Below, piece by piece: positions 19,101 to 26,861 of a DNA stretch of 64,000 bases. Numbering within the stretch: position 1 is the first letter of the stretch; the number at the start of each line of letters is the position of its first letter. Below the pieces are notes generated by a model that made no database searches, was not told the DNA's origin, and was given only the letters and a program-made list of their open reading frames with translations. This DNA comes from a virus. The stretch spans positions 135,866 to 199,865 of IMG/VR virus record IMGVR_UViG_3300032753_000003. The stretch is one strand, 5' to 3'. The position numbers were made by a program, and so were the translations under genes.

Positions 19101-19499
19101 ATGAAAAAATGGTACTTGAATCCTCCATTAGGTTTACCATATAGAGGCGACTATAGAGTTTCACTACGTTGGCATTTATATGGGTTATTATGGTTCTTGA
19201 TGCCGCAATGGTTTAGGCGGTGGCTAACCAACGGTGTATATGTGTACTTGAAGGATTACCAAGGTGAAATTACAATTACTATGGCATGGCCTCGAGACGA
19301 TAATACGCCCATTCGCAGTATAATATACAATCGTGTTATGGTTGGACCGTTACTGTTACACGACGATGGTACAGTAACCAATGACGACGGTAGTGATAGT
19401 TATGTACACAATTGGATGCCCGTTGATCGAAACTGGCGTACAGAAATGATCCTTAAAGGATTACAGGGATTTGATACGAAAGGATCAAAATACAGTTGA
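19101..19499 (+). CDS. Hypothetical protein
   Basis: ATG after AAGGA; in operon context. Confidence 0.6.
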   Translation: MKKWYLNPPLGLPYRGDYRVSLRWHLYGLLWFLMPQWFRRWLTNGVYVYLKDYQGEITITMAWPRDDNTPIRSIIYNRVMVGPLLLHDDGTVTNDDGSDSYVHNWMPVDRNWRTEMILKGLQGFDTKGSKYS

Positions 19500-19545
19500 C
19501 AAGTTTAGCATCTATGCTATAATGATCCTAACGATGGAGAATATC

Positions 19546-19974
19546 ATGTTGATGCAAACACTACAAGCTGATCAACTCAAAGCACGTAAAGCCAAAGATA
19601 CTGTAGCTATTGGCCTGCTCACAGCTCTAGTTGGAGAAGCTGCTATGGTTGGCAAGAATGCAGGCAATCGAACTAGCACTGATGAAGAAGTCCTAGCAAC
19701 CGTCCGTAAGTTTCTAAAGAATGCTGAAGAGACTCATGCACGACTGATCGCAGCCAACAAGGATGCTGCTGCAATTACAGAAGAGATCAAAATCCTTAAG
19801 AGTTATATGCCGCAGCAGATGACTGACGATCAGCTGCGTGCTGCTATCAGTGCTATCAAAGATACCAATGCCAATGCCAATATGGGATTAGTTATGAAGG
19901 TACTCAAGGAGCAGCATGCCGGATTGTATGACGGCAAGCGAGCTAATGAGATTGCCAAAGAAGTGCTAGCATAA
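19546..19974 (+). CDS. GatB/YqeY domain protein
   Basis: LKARKAKD...DEEVLATVRKFLK...EEIKILKSYMPQQMTDDQL...MGLVMKVLK...YDGKRA; start reassigned to the ATG after GGAG. Confidence 0.85.
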   Translation: MLMQTLQADQLKARKAKDTVAIGLLTALVGEAAMVGKNAGNRTSTDEEVLATVRKFLKNAEETHARLIAANKDAAAITEEIKILKSYMPQQMTDDQLRAAISAIKDTNANANMGLVMKVLKEQHAGLYDGKRANEIAKEVLA

Positions 19975-20012
19975 GCTAACACTAATTAATCTAGCACAAA
20001 CGGAGACAGCAA

Positions 20013-20594
20013 ATGAAAATTGAAGTTTGGGGCCGCGGTGGCGAAATCGTATTGGGCGGTATCACCCGTGAGCAGTATATCTATTGGGCATTGCGAAATT
20101 CTGAAGATGACGAAGAATTCTCAAACATGATCCAGGGGGATCCCCTAGAAGAGGATCATCCACCAGAACTTTTGCTGGGCGCTTGGTATGATATTGATAA
20201 CATTGCACATGAAGCCGGACCAGGATTTGAGGATAGTGGTATCACTGTAACTGACAGCAAAGGCAATGTGATCTTTGACCATAGCTTCACTGCTATCCAA
20301 AAGATGGACGGTTGTGAAAATATTGCTCAAGAAACCAACGAATATTATTTTATTGAGACTGAGTACGAATATGGGTTTTTGGCAGTTGATACACAAAAGG
20401 GTGTATTTGAACAGTATGAAGTACCCGGTGACGAGTTTGATCCCACGTTATTCAAAGTCTCAACTACTGATGTTGAAGGTCTGTCACTTATAACCAGCAT
20501 CAGTTATAACGGCAAGGAATTGGAAGGTCTCGGCATGCTGGATACCGAGAGCAAGAATTTTGACTGGAATTTTATTTCCAGCGTGGAGGATTGA
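20013..20594 (+). CDS. Acidic hypothetical protein
   Basis: GGAG SD, 193 aa. Confidence 0.7.
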   Translation: MKIEVWGRGGEIVLGGITREQYIYWALRNSEDDEEFSNMIQGDPLEEDHPPELLLGAWYDIDNIAHEAGPGFEDSGITVTDSKGNVIFDHSFTAIQKMDGCENIAQETNEYYFIETEYEYGFLAVDTQKGVFEQYEVPGDEFDPTLFKVSTTDVEGLSLITSISYNGKELEGLGMLDTESKNFDWNFISSVED

Positions 20595-20812
20595 AAATGC
20601 TGTTGTGGGATGATACTTCAAATCTATGGCTACTAACTCCTGCAGAGCTTGAGCGAATACCCAATGGCACTGTACTGACTTGCATTGATGGCACTACCGC
20701 AGTAAAAGGTCGAGATTACATTGACGACGATACTCGCGCTGGTCATATTGCATACGGTATCCTTAGGTACGAGCAGGACAAGCTGTTTACAGAGTTTTAT
20801 CTCAAGCGCTAA
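20591..20812 (+). CDS. Hypothetical protein
   Basis: Overlaps the previous stop; GGAGG SD. Confidence 0.6.
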   Translation: MKMLLWDDTSNLWLLTPAELERIPNGTVLTCIDGTTAVKGRDYIDDDTRAGHIAYGILRYEQDKLFTEFYLKR

Positions 20813-20821
20813 GGAACAATC

Positions 20822-21496
20822 GTGACTATTCCTGCAATCAACGTGAATATTGTTGAAATTGAGCCGGGTGTGTTCTATGCTCAGTTTGACAACCAAAAGG
20901 ATCTCGGGCACTGTCTCATGCGATTGCAGGAATATTACGAGGGTGTTAGCGATGATATCCGCGGCAAATATTTCACCTTAGAAGAGTTTTTGCATCATTT
21001 TACCGCAGACGATGGGGTATTTGATTATACACATACATGGCGAGGATTTAATGTTCCCGGCCATGTAGTGGAGGAGTGGTTTGATCTATTTGCTAATAGT
21101 GATCAAGGTCTTACGGATAAAGAACGTCAGTTTACCAACCGTTTATTGGATGCCAAGAAAGGCAGCGACAAATGGTACCTGATTGCAACTCGCAAAGGTT
21201 CAGATGAACTGGCTGTTGTGAATCACGAAATTGCTCACGCTCGCTATTATCTCGACGACTTATATTTTACCAACTGCAATCGTCTAATAACTGAAATACC
21301 CAGAGCTGAGTTTGATCATATGTGTGAGAGCTTGACAAAAATGGGTTATACAGATAAAGTACTGCTAGACGAAGTTCAGGCTTATTTGAGCACCAGTAAG
21401 AAGCCAGAACTCAAACATTGGTTTGGCAAGCTTAGTCCTGAGACATATAACGTAGTTAATAAATTTCGCAATCTATTCAAAGGTAAGAAAGTTTAG
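20822..21496 (+). CDS. Hypothetical protein with HExxH (zincin-like) motif
   Basis: NHEIAHARYY and a downstream DEVQAY. Confidence 0.55.
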   Translation: MTIPAINVNIVEIEPGVFYAQFDNQKDLGHCLMRLQEYYEGVSDDIRGKYFTLEEFLHHFTADDGVFDYTHTWRGFNVPGHVVEEWFDLFANSDQGLTDKERQFTNRLLDAKKGSDKWYLIATRKGSDELAVVNHEIAHARYYLDDLYFTNCNRLITEIPRAEFDHMCESLTKMGYTDKVLLDEVQAYLSTSKKPELKHWFGKLSPETYNVVNKFRNLFKGKKV

Positions 21497-21504
21497 GAGT
21501 TGAT

Positions 21505-22305
21505 ATGACTAGCAAAGATGATCTGGGAGACAGAATGAAACTGCTAGAAGCTGTGGAAACTTCTAGAAAGTTTGATTCCAAACTACCAGTATATGCTAGA
21601 ATTGATGGTAGAGGTTTCAGCAAGTTTACAAAATATATGCAAAGACCTTTTGATCCTCTTATGACTCGTGCTATGATTGAGACCACTCGCTATTTGGTTG
21701 ACAAAACACATGCTGCTGCAGGATATGTTCAGTCAGACGAAATATCGTTGGTTTGGGATGGCAGCAAAACCAATAGCAATCACTTCTTTGATGGCAAGGT
21801 ACAGAAGTCGTGTTCTGTGCTAGCCAGCATGGCGGCTGCTAGATTTGCGATTGAGTATTTTACTAGCTTTGGTCAATGGTCATTTGACTGTCCGCACTTT
21901 GATTGCAGAGTTATTCAGATGCCTAGCAGAATCGAAGCTGCCAACATGATGCTGTGGAGGTGGTTAGATTGCAGGAAGAATGCAATCAGTATGGCTGCAC
22001 GCCATTGGTTCAGCCATAAAGAGTTGCAAAATCAAAACAGCCGAGAAATGGTACAGATGCTCGCTGAACGAGGTATCAACATGCAGGATTTCCCTGTGGC
22101 ATTTACAGCTGGTACTTGGTTGCAACGTGTCACCGAGGACAGAACTATGACCCAGGATGAGCTAGCAGCTATTCCGCCGCGCCATCGACCTGCAGCCGAT
22201 ACTGTAATCACTCGCAGCTCAATCAAAGAAGTTGAGATGCCGGACTTCCTAGAGGTTAAAAATCGTGAAGCAGTGATATTTGAAAATGCTGCTCCTATAA
22301 CATAA
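21505..22305 (+). CDS. thg1: tRNA(His) guanylyltransferase Thg1-like 3'-5' polymerase
   Basis: RIDGRGFSKFT...PFD...GYVQSDEISL...FDCRV...WRWLDCRKNAIS. Confidence 0.9.
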   Translation: MTSKDDLGDRMKLLEAVETSRKFDSKLPVYARIDGRGFSKFTKYMQRPFDPLMTRAMIETTRYLVDKTHAAAGYVQSDEISLVWDGSKTNSNHFFDGKVQKSCSVLASMAAARFAIEYFTSFGQWSFDCPHFDCRVIQMPSRIEAANMMLWRWLDCRKNAISMAARHWFSHKELQNQNSREMVQMLAERGINMQDFPVAFTAGTWLQRVTEDRTMTQDELAAIPPRHRPAADTVITRSSIKEVEMPDFLEVKNREAVIFENAAPIT

Positions 22306-22320
22306 GAAGGAAATTACAAC

Positions 22321-22590
22321 ATGTTAAAGTATAAAGTTCCTAGGATCGTATTTTACACAGCATTACGACTGTCAATTATTATCGCAGCGGTATTTGGTAT
22401 GCTTGCGTTTGTTGCATTCCTTGTTGGAATTGTGATGCTATCAGTTGAGTTTACTGACACACCTCTGCCTGCGTTAGGTCTTATTATGTTTGGCCTTGCT
22501 GTATTTTTAGCATATAACTTTGCTAAAGACGATGTAAAAGATGAAGAACGCAGAAATGGTAAAACTTTTGATCAATTGAGTAAGGATTAA
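22321..22590 (+). CDS. Membrane protein
   Basis: Two TM segments. Confidence 0.6.
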   Translation: MLKYKVPRIVFYTALRLSIIIAAVFGMLAFVAFLVGIVMLSVEFTDTPLPALGLIMFGLAVFLAYNFAKDDVKDEERRNGKTFDQLSKD

Positions 22591-22594
22591 TTAC

Positions 22595-22885
22595 ATGATG
22601 AAGATAGATTTAGAACCCTATACAGTACGTATTATCAAGATGTCGGCGCTGGTATTCGCTTGTATAACGGCGGTAGGTGCTGCCACTATCAGTGGGATCC
22701 GGTTTATGGTACTCGAGTACGGACCAGAATCTCTGGTAATACTATGTGGTATTGCTGCCCTAGGATGGGTTAGTTTTTGGATAGGTAAACAAATAGTTAG
22801 TAAGCAAATCGCTCGAGAAGAATTTATGACTGATGTGCTAACCCAAGGGTATGTAAAAGAATATAACAGGAAATACCGGCGCTAA
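22595..22885 (+). CDS. Membrane protein
   Basis: Two TM segments. Confidence 0.6.
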   Translation: MMKIDLEPYTVRIIKMSALVFACITAVGAATISGIRFMVLEYGPESLVILCGIAALGWVSFWIGKQIVSKQIAREEFMTDVLTQGYVKEYNRKYRR

Positions 22886-22959
22886 ACGTTCTCGGATATA
22901 ATCCACTTGACTTTGATATTGGTGCATGCTAAGCTTACTGAAATTGGAGAGCTATTCGA

Positions 22960-23370
22960 ATGCATATGGAACGTCCATTCTTGACCACTACGAAGTATAA
23001 CAGCAAAGGCAAGAAGCCTGCTAATACTGCTGCTGCTCGAGAAGCCAAAGCCAAACATGAAGCTTGGCTTCGCAAACAGGGCTTACTTCCAGAGCAGGTC
23101 GAGATGAAGCGCATGCGAACAAAAAGTTCTAGTATTTCTCTGCCAAATCTCAAAGTTGATAATCCAATTCCGCTAAGTAATAACGTAGCAGTTAAGGGTG
23201 GGTTCCGTAATGGTATTATGGATAACCTACACAAGGAGTCTGAGGCTGTGAAGCAAGAGATTCTAGATAAAGCATCTAGGTGTATGCCACTCTTCAATAA
23301 AGGCGGAATACAATATGCTACCCCTGCAACTGACATGACTACCGTAGGCAGCAAGAGTAGGAGGGGATAG
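22960..23370 (+). CDS. Basic hypothetical protein
   Basis: GGAG SD, promoter TTGACT-N17-TAAGCT at 22907. Confidence 0.65.
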   Translation: MHMERPFLTTTKYNSKGKKPANTAAAREAKAKHEAWLRKQGLLPEQVEMKRMRTKSSSISLPNLKVDNPIPLSNNVAVKGGFRNGIMDNLHKESEAVKQEILDKASRCMPLFNKGGIQYATPATDMTTVGSKSRRG

Positions 23371-23609
23371 TGCCCAATCTATCGTACAATTGGGATTCAA
23401 TATTTTTGATATTCCTAGGGACGTTTTTAATCATTGGTGCTATAGTTTTAAACCTGCCCGAATTTCATCGCGATGACGCTGATCCGCCTCTAGGTCAAAG
23501 CGGATTGATGCTGTTGACTGATTATGGTACTGGATGCCAATATCTCTATTATAGAGGTAATCTTATTCCCCGCGCAGATGCAAGCGGAAAACAAATTTGT
23601 AAAAAGTGA
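23370..23609 (+). CDS. Small membrane-anchored protein
   Basis: N-terminal TM, then LLTDYGTGCQYL. Confidence 0.55.
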   Translation: MPNLSYNWDSIFLIFLGTFLIIGAIVLNLPEFHRDDADPPLGQSGLMLLTDYGTGCQYLYYRGNLIPRADASGKQICKK

Positions 23610-23803
23610 GCGCATACTTGAAACCACAATATGCTAGAACCAATTATTATTACAGTAAGAACGGATCTAGAACTAGAACCACTTGGACACTCAGTGTCAA
23701 TCAGCATCTACAGGGAGCCACAACCGAAAATGCTGTACTGAATTTCTTGCGCAGACATCACTCTGGATATGAAATTGAACTCATGAACATAGAATGGATG
23801 TAA
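23606..23803 (+). CDS. Hypothetical protein
   Basis: GTGA overlap with the previous gene. Confidence 0.55.
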   Translation: MSAYLKPQYARTNYYYSKNGSRTRTTWTLSVNQHLQGATTENAVLNFLRRHHSGYEIELMNIEWM

Positions 23804-23806
23804 ACA

Positions 23807-24100
23807 ATGGCATGGAGTATGTTGAACCTGCATTATGCAGAAACAATCAAAAATCTACTAGATGACATTGAGAAAAGTAACGAAGGTCGTCCAGAGTTTA
23901 CTCCATCTATACCAAGAGAACAAGTAGAGAGCATTATACATGCACTAATTTGGGCTATGAGTTCTAGGTCAAGTGACTTTGCAAGCGCATATGCGTTTGA
24001 TGCACTTGCAAATGCAATTGGTATTGATCTAGCCAATTGGATTATTAAAAAACACGAGTTTGATCAAAAATGCAAGGAAAGCACTAATGAGCAAAAGTGA
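23807..24100 (+). CDS. Hypothetical protein
   Basis: 97 aa, in operon context. Confidence 0.55.
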   Translation: MAWSMLNLHYAETIKNLLDDIEKSNEGRPEFTPSIPREQVESIIHALIWAMSSRSSDFASAYAFDALANAIGIDLANWIIKKHEFDQKCKESTNEQK

Positions 24101-24368
24101 TAGGTCAATAAATCTCGTTTGGTATAATCAATTGCCAGCAGGACGCGAAGAAGAGATCAATCAGCTGGTCTGCGAAGACTTAGAGCGCAACCTAGGTGGC
24201 AGCTTAGAGAAGCCAAGCGAACTGATATTTCATACTGCGTTCATTGGCAATACAATGTATGATGAAGCTGTGGCAGTTTGGGGAAATCCCAACGACAACA
24301 AAAACTTCCATTGCGAATATGTTGATAAAATTGAATGGGTTAATTTATCTGAGGAAGAATCAAAATGA
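24087..24368 (+). CDS. Hypothetical protein
   Basis: AAGGA SD, ATG at 24087. Confidence 0.55.
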   Translation: MSKSDRSINLVWYNQLPAGREEEINQLVCEDLERNLGGSLEKPSELIFHTAFIGNTMYDEAVAVWGNPNDNKNFHCEYVDKIEWVNLSEEESK

Positions 24369-24658
24369 TTGAGACACTAGAAGATCCTGGTATTTGGATC
24401 GTTACATTTATGCTGATGGGTATGATTTGGCTCCAGCAGCGCTGGTCGTGGAAGGCCGGATTTTCTATGGGTGCCAATGATGGATTTAAACTTGGGGTGC
24501 AAGAGACTGTCGATGCACTATCAACAGGTAAGTTTATTATTACTGATAGTCTAAACGGTTCTAGATGCACTGACGAAGAATTGCGAGAGTTCCTTGCAGA
24601 TCAGATCCTGGATCAAATTGAAAGAAAGAAGCAGGAGATCATCAATGGAATCAAATGA
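24365..24658 (+). CDS. Hypothetical membrane-anchored protein
   Basis: ATGA overlap, N-terminal TM. Confidence 0.6.
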   Translation: MIETLEDPGIWIVTFMLMGMIWLQQRWSWKAGFSMGANDGFKLGVQETVDALSTGKFIITDSLNGSRCTDEELREFLADQILDQIERKKQEIINGIK

Positions 24659-25034
24659 TATCAACCTTCTTATAAAAGTTTTGGACAAGGCTATCACTAG
24701 CGATAGCGAAACTGTTAAACAGTTGTTACAAAGTCTGCTAGTGACTGTGAGTCTAGTTCATGCTGACAATCCCAATAATAAAGGTCCTCTGGCCGAGATG
24801 CTAGATGATCTTGCCTATTATGAGGAGAGAATATCTGCTCTTGAATATTCAATGCAAAACATGAATCAAATTATGGAAAGAAATGAAAGAGAACACAGAT
24901 ACAAGCGAAGTATCGACGACGAGTATGGGTACAAGAGAGATCATAACTATCCAAGTTGGCCAAACCTATACAGAAATGACCATTACGACACAATAAATAC
25001 CTACTTAAAAGGCAAATGGAATGAGAAAGACTAA
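24645..25034 (+). CDS. Hypothetical coiled-coil protein
   Basis: AGGAG SD before ATG at 24645. Confidence 0.6.
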   Translation: MESNDINLLIKVLDKAITSDSETVKQLLQSLLVTVSLVHADNPNNKGPLAEMLDDLAYYEERISALEYSMQNMNQIMERNEREHRYKRSIDDEYGYKRDHNYPSWPNLYRNDHYDTINTYLKGKWNEKD

Positions 25035-26082
25035 CAAAGTGGCTAAGATTGGAATTTTAGGCGCAGGTAAGATTGGTAAAACACTAGCTACCATGCTGTC
25101 GCATATAACAAGCTGCACTGTCACATTGGCTGACAAGTTTGCATCAACAAATGTTACACAAGTTGATGTTACCAATCCTGCAGAATTAGAAGCGTTCGTA
25201 ATTGGCCAGCATGCAATTGTCAATGCTATGCCTTACACTATGAACAAGCTAGTTGCTGCTAGCTGTGCAACTCACCATAAGAGCTACTTTGACTTCAGTG
25301 AGGATGTTGAGACTACTGAGTTTGTAAAGAATCTAGCAGCGTCTGGCAACATGCGACCAGGGCAGGTTATGATTCCACAGAGTGGACTGGCACCCGGTGC
25401 CATCAACATCATCGGCGCAGATCTTATCAAAGGGTTTGATTCTGTTAAGACTCTAGAAATGCGCGTGGGTGCATTGCCCTGCCATGCCAACAATGAAATG
25501 AAGTATTACCTATCATGGAGTGGTGCAGGATTAGTTAACGAGTATAACAAACCATGTGATGCACTGTGGCGGGGTCAGCATGTTAAGACTATGCCACTGG
25601 ATGGTCTAGAACATATTGTACTGGATGGTATTCCCTATGAGGCATTTAACACCTCGGGTGGTGTAGCAACCATGTGCGAGACCTACGAGGGCAAGGTACA
25701 GGAGCTAGACTACAAGACCATACGTTATCCTGGTCATTGTGAGCGTATGAAGTTTGTGATGCATGATCTCAATTTTGGGGAACATCCAGAACTACTCACG
25801 CAGATATTTGAGCAGCAGGTTCCCAGCACCAATCAGGATGTGGTTGTGATTTATGTAAATGCAGTTGGTGTTGTTAACGGCAAGTCAACTCAACGCAGTT
25901 ACCTCAAGAAGGTTTCTCACAGCCTGTCTCACACCGCCATTCAGAATACTACCGCTGCAGGTATGTCCGCTGTAGTTGAGCTGTGGCTGAGTGGCAAGCT
26001 CGCAGATGGATTTGTTAGACAGGAAAACATCAACTTTGACGAGTTTACCAAAACCATTTGGGGTAGCAAGATATATGGCTGA
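25021..26082 (+). CDS. Saccharopine dehydrogenase family protein, L-lysine 6-dehydrogenase-like
   Basis: GAGKIG Rossmann motif; SEDV, PQSGLAPG, MRVGALP, YEAFNTSGG, YKTIRYPGH, AIQNTTAAG. Confidence 0.85.
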   Translation: MRKTNKVAKIGILGAGKIGKTLATMLSHITSCTVTLADKFASTNVTQVDVTNPAELEAFVIGQHAIVNAMPYTMNKLVAASCATHHKSYFDFSEDVETTEFVKNLAASGNMRPGQVMIPQSGLAPGAINIIGADLIKGFDSVKTLEMRVGALPCHANNEMKYYLSWSGAGLVNEYNKPCDALWRGQHVKTMPLDGLEHIVLDGIPYEAFNTSGGVATMCETYEGKVQELDYKTIRYPGHCERMKFVMHDLNFGEHPELLTQIFEQQVPSTNQDVVVIYVNAVGVVNGKSTQRSYLKKVSHSLSHTAIQNTTAAGMSAVVELWLSGKLADGFVRQENINFDEFTKTIWGSKIYG

Positions 26083-26178
26083 TTGACATATGCCTTGTTG
26101 AGAGCAATTGCACAGATTAAAATTGCAAAAATAGCTATTGCACGTTTTAGAGATATAAAATTTGCGGTATTTTTTTGG

Positions 26179-26206
26179 TTGACAATTGCCAAATAGGTGC
26201 TATTGT
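26179..26206 (+). promoter_or_regulatory. Early promoter (repeat family GGTTGAC-N-TGCTAnnnT)
   Basis: TTGACA-N16-TATTGT with extended TG; near-identical copies at 26370, 26805, 29029, 30146, 30694, 31709, 19496, 35208, 39969. Confidence 0.8.
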
Positions 26207-26234
26207 ACGGCATCAAACGTAGATAGGGTCAATT

Positions 26235-26330
26235 ATGTCTGAGGAAGAAGCCCAAAACATCCTTTTGGCTGTGATTTTTGCAATTGCCATCTTTGGCACT
26301 GTGATTAACTATGCGTGCGGTAGCGGCTAA
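26235..26330 (+). CDS. 31-aa single-TM peptide MSEEEAQNILLAVIFAIAIFGTVINYACGSG
   Basis: Directly downstream of an early promoter, AGGG SD; too short for the supplied ORF track. Confidence 0.6.
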   Translation: MSEEEAQNILLAVIFAIAIFGTVINYACGSG

Positions 26331-26369
26331 TTCACAAATACACAATATAAATTGTGATTTAGATTTTGG

Positions 26370-26397
26370 TTGACAACCGCTCTATAGATGCTATTGT
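26370..26397 (+). promoter_or_regulatory. Early promoter
   Basis: TTGACA-N16-TATTGT. Confidence 0.8.
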
Positions 26398-26425
26398 AAC
26401 GGTATAGCGCAAGGGAGACACGCTT

Positions 26426-26797
26426 ATGTTGACTCGTGAAGCTCGCAACGAAATGCTGCAGATTATCTCGGATCTGTCTAAGGAAGCGTATGGATATCGG
26501 GTGCGCTTTGACTACGCGGCAATGTCGGATGATGAACTTCAGCGTACCTGGGACAGATTCATTAACGCTGCTGATGCAGCGATGGCGCATGAGAAGGCTG
26601 AGAAGGAGCGTACCCAGCAGGCTTGGGAACAGCACATTGCTACCCTGATTGCTATGGGCGCTGGCGACCGTGCTACGGCCATCTGCTGGGACATGCAGGC
26701 CGAGGGCACCGACGGATACGACATCGGCTATTACTACTACCGCAAGGGTATTGATTACAGCAACGAGAACACCATCAAGCAGCTTTTGGCTGCTTGA
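26426..26797 (+). CDS. Early hypothetical protein
   Basis: GGGAG SD, own promoter, GC-richer codon usage. Confidence 0.75.
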   Translation: MLTREARNEMLQIISDLSKEAYGYRVRFDYAAMSDDELQRTWDRFINAADAAMAHEKAEKERTQQAWEQHIATLIAMGAGDRATAICWDMQAEGTDGYDIGYYYYRKGIDYSNENTIKQLLAA

Positions 26798-26804
26798 TTT
26801 TTGG

Positions 26805-26832
26805 TTGACAATTTAGCACCGTGTGCTAATGT
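26805..26832 (+). promoter_or_regulatory. Early promoter of rIIA
   Basis: TTGACA-N16-TAATGT. Confidence 0.75.
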
Positions 26833-26861
26833 ACAGAATGATCCAACAGGAGATCCACTAA

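Noticed and set aside
26100..26170. Three ATTGCA hexamers upstream of the first early promoter as operator sites
   Set aside because: Short motif in AT-rich DNA with irregular spacing; cannot be distinguished from chance by eye.
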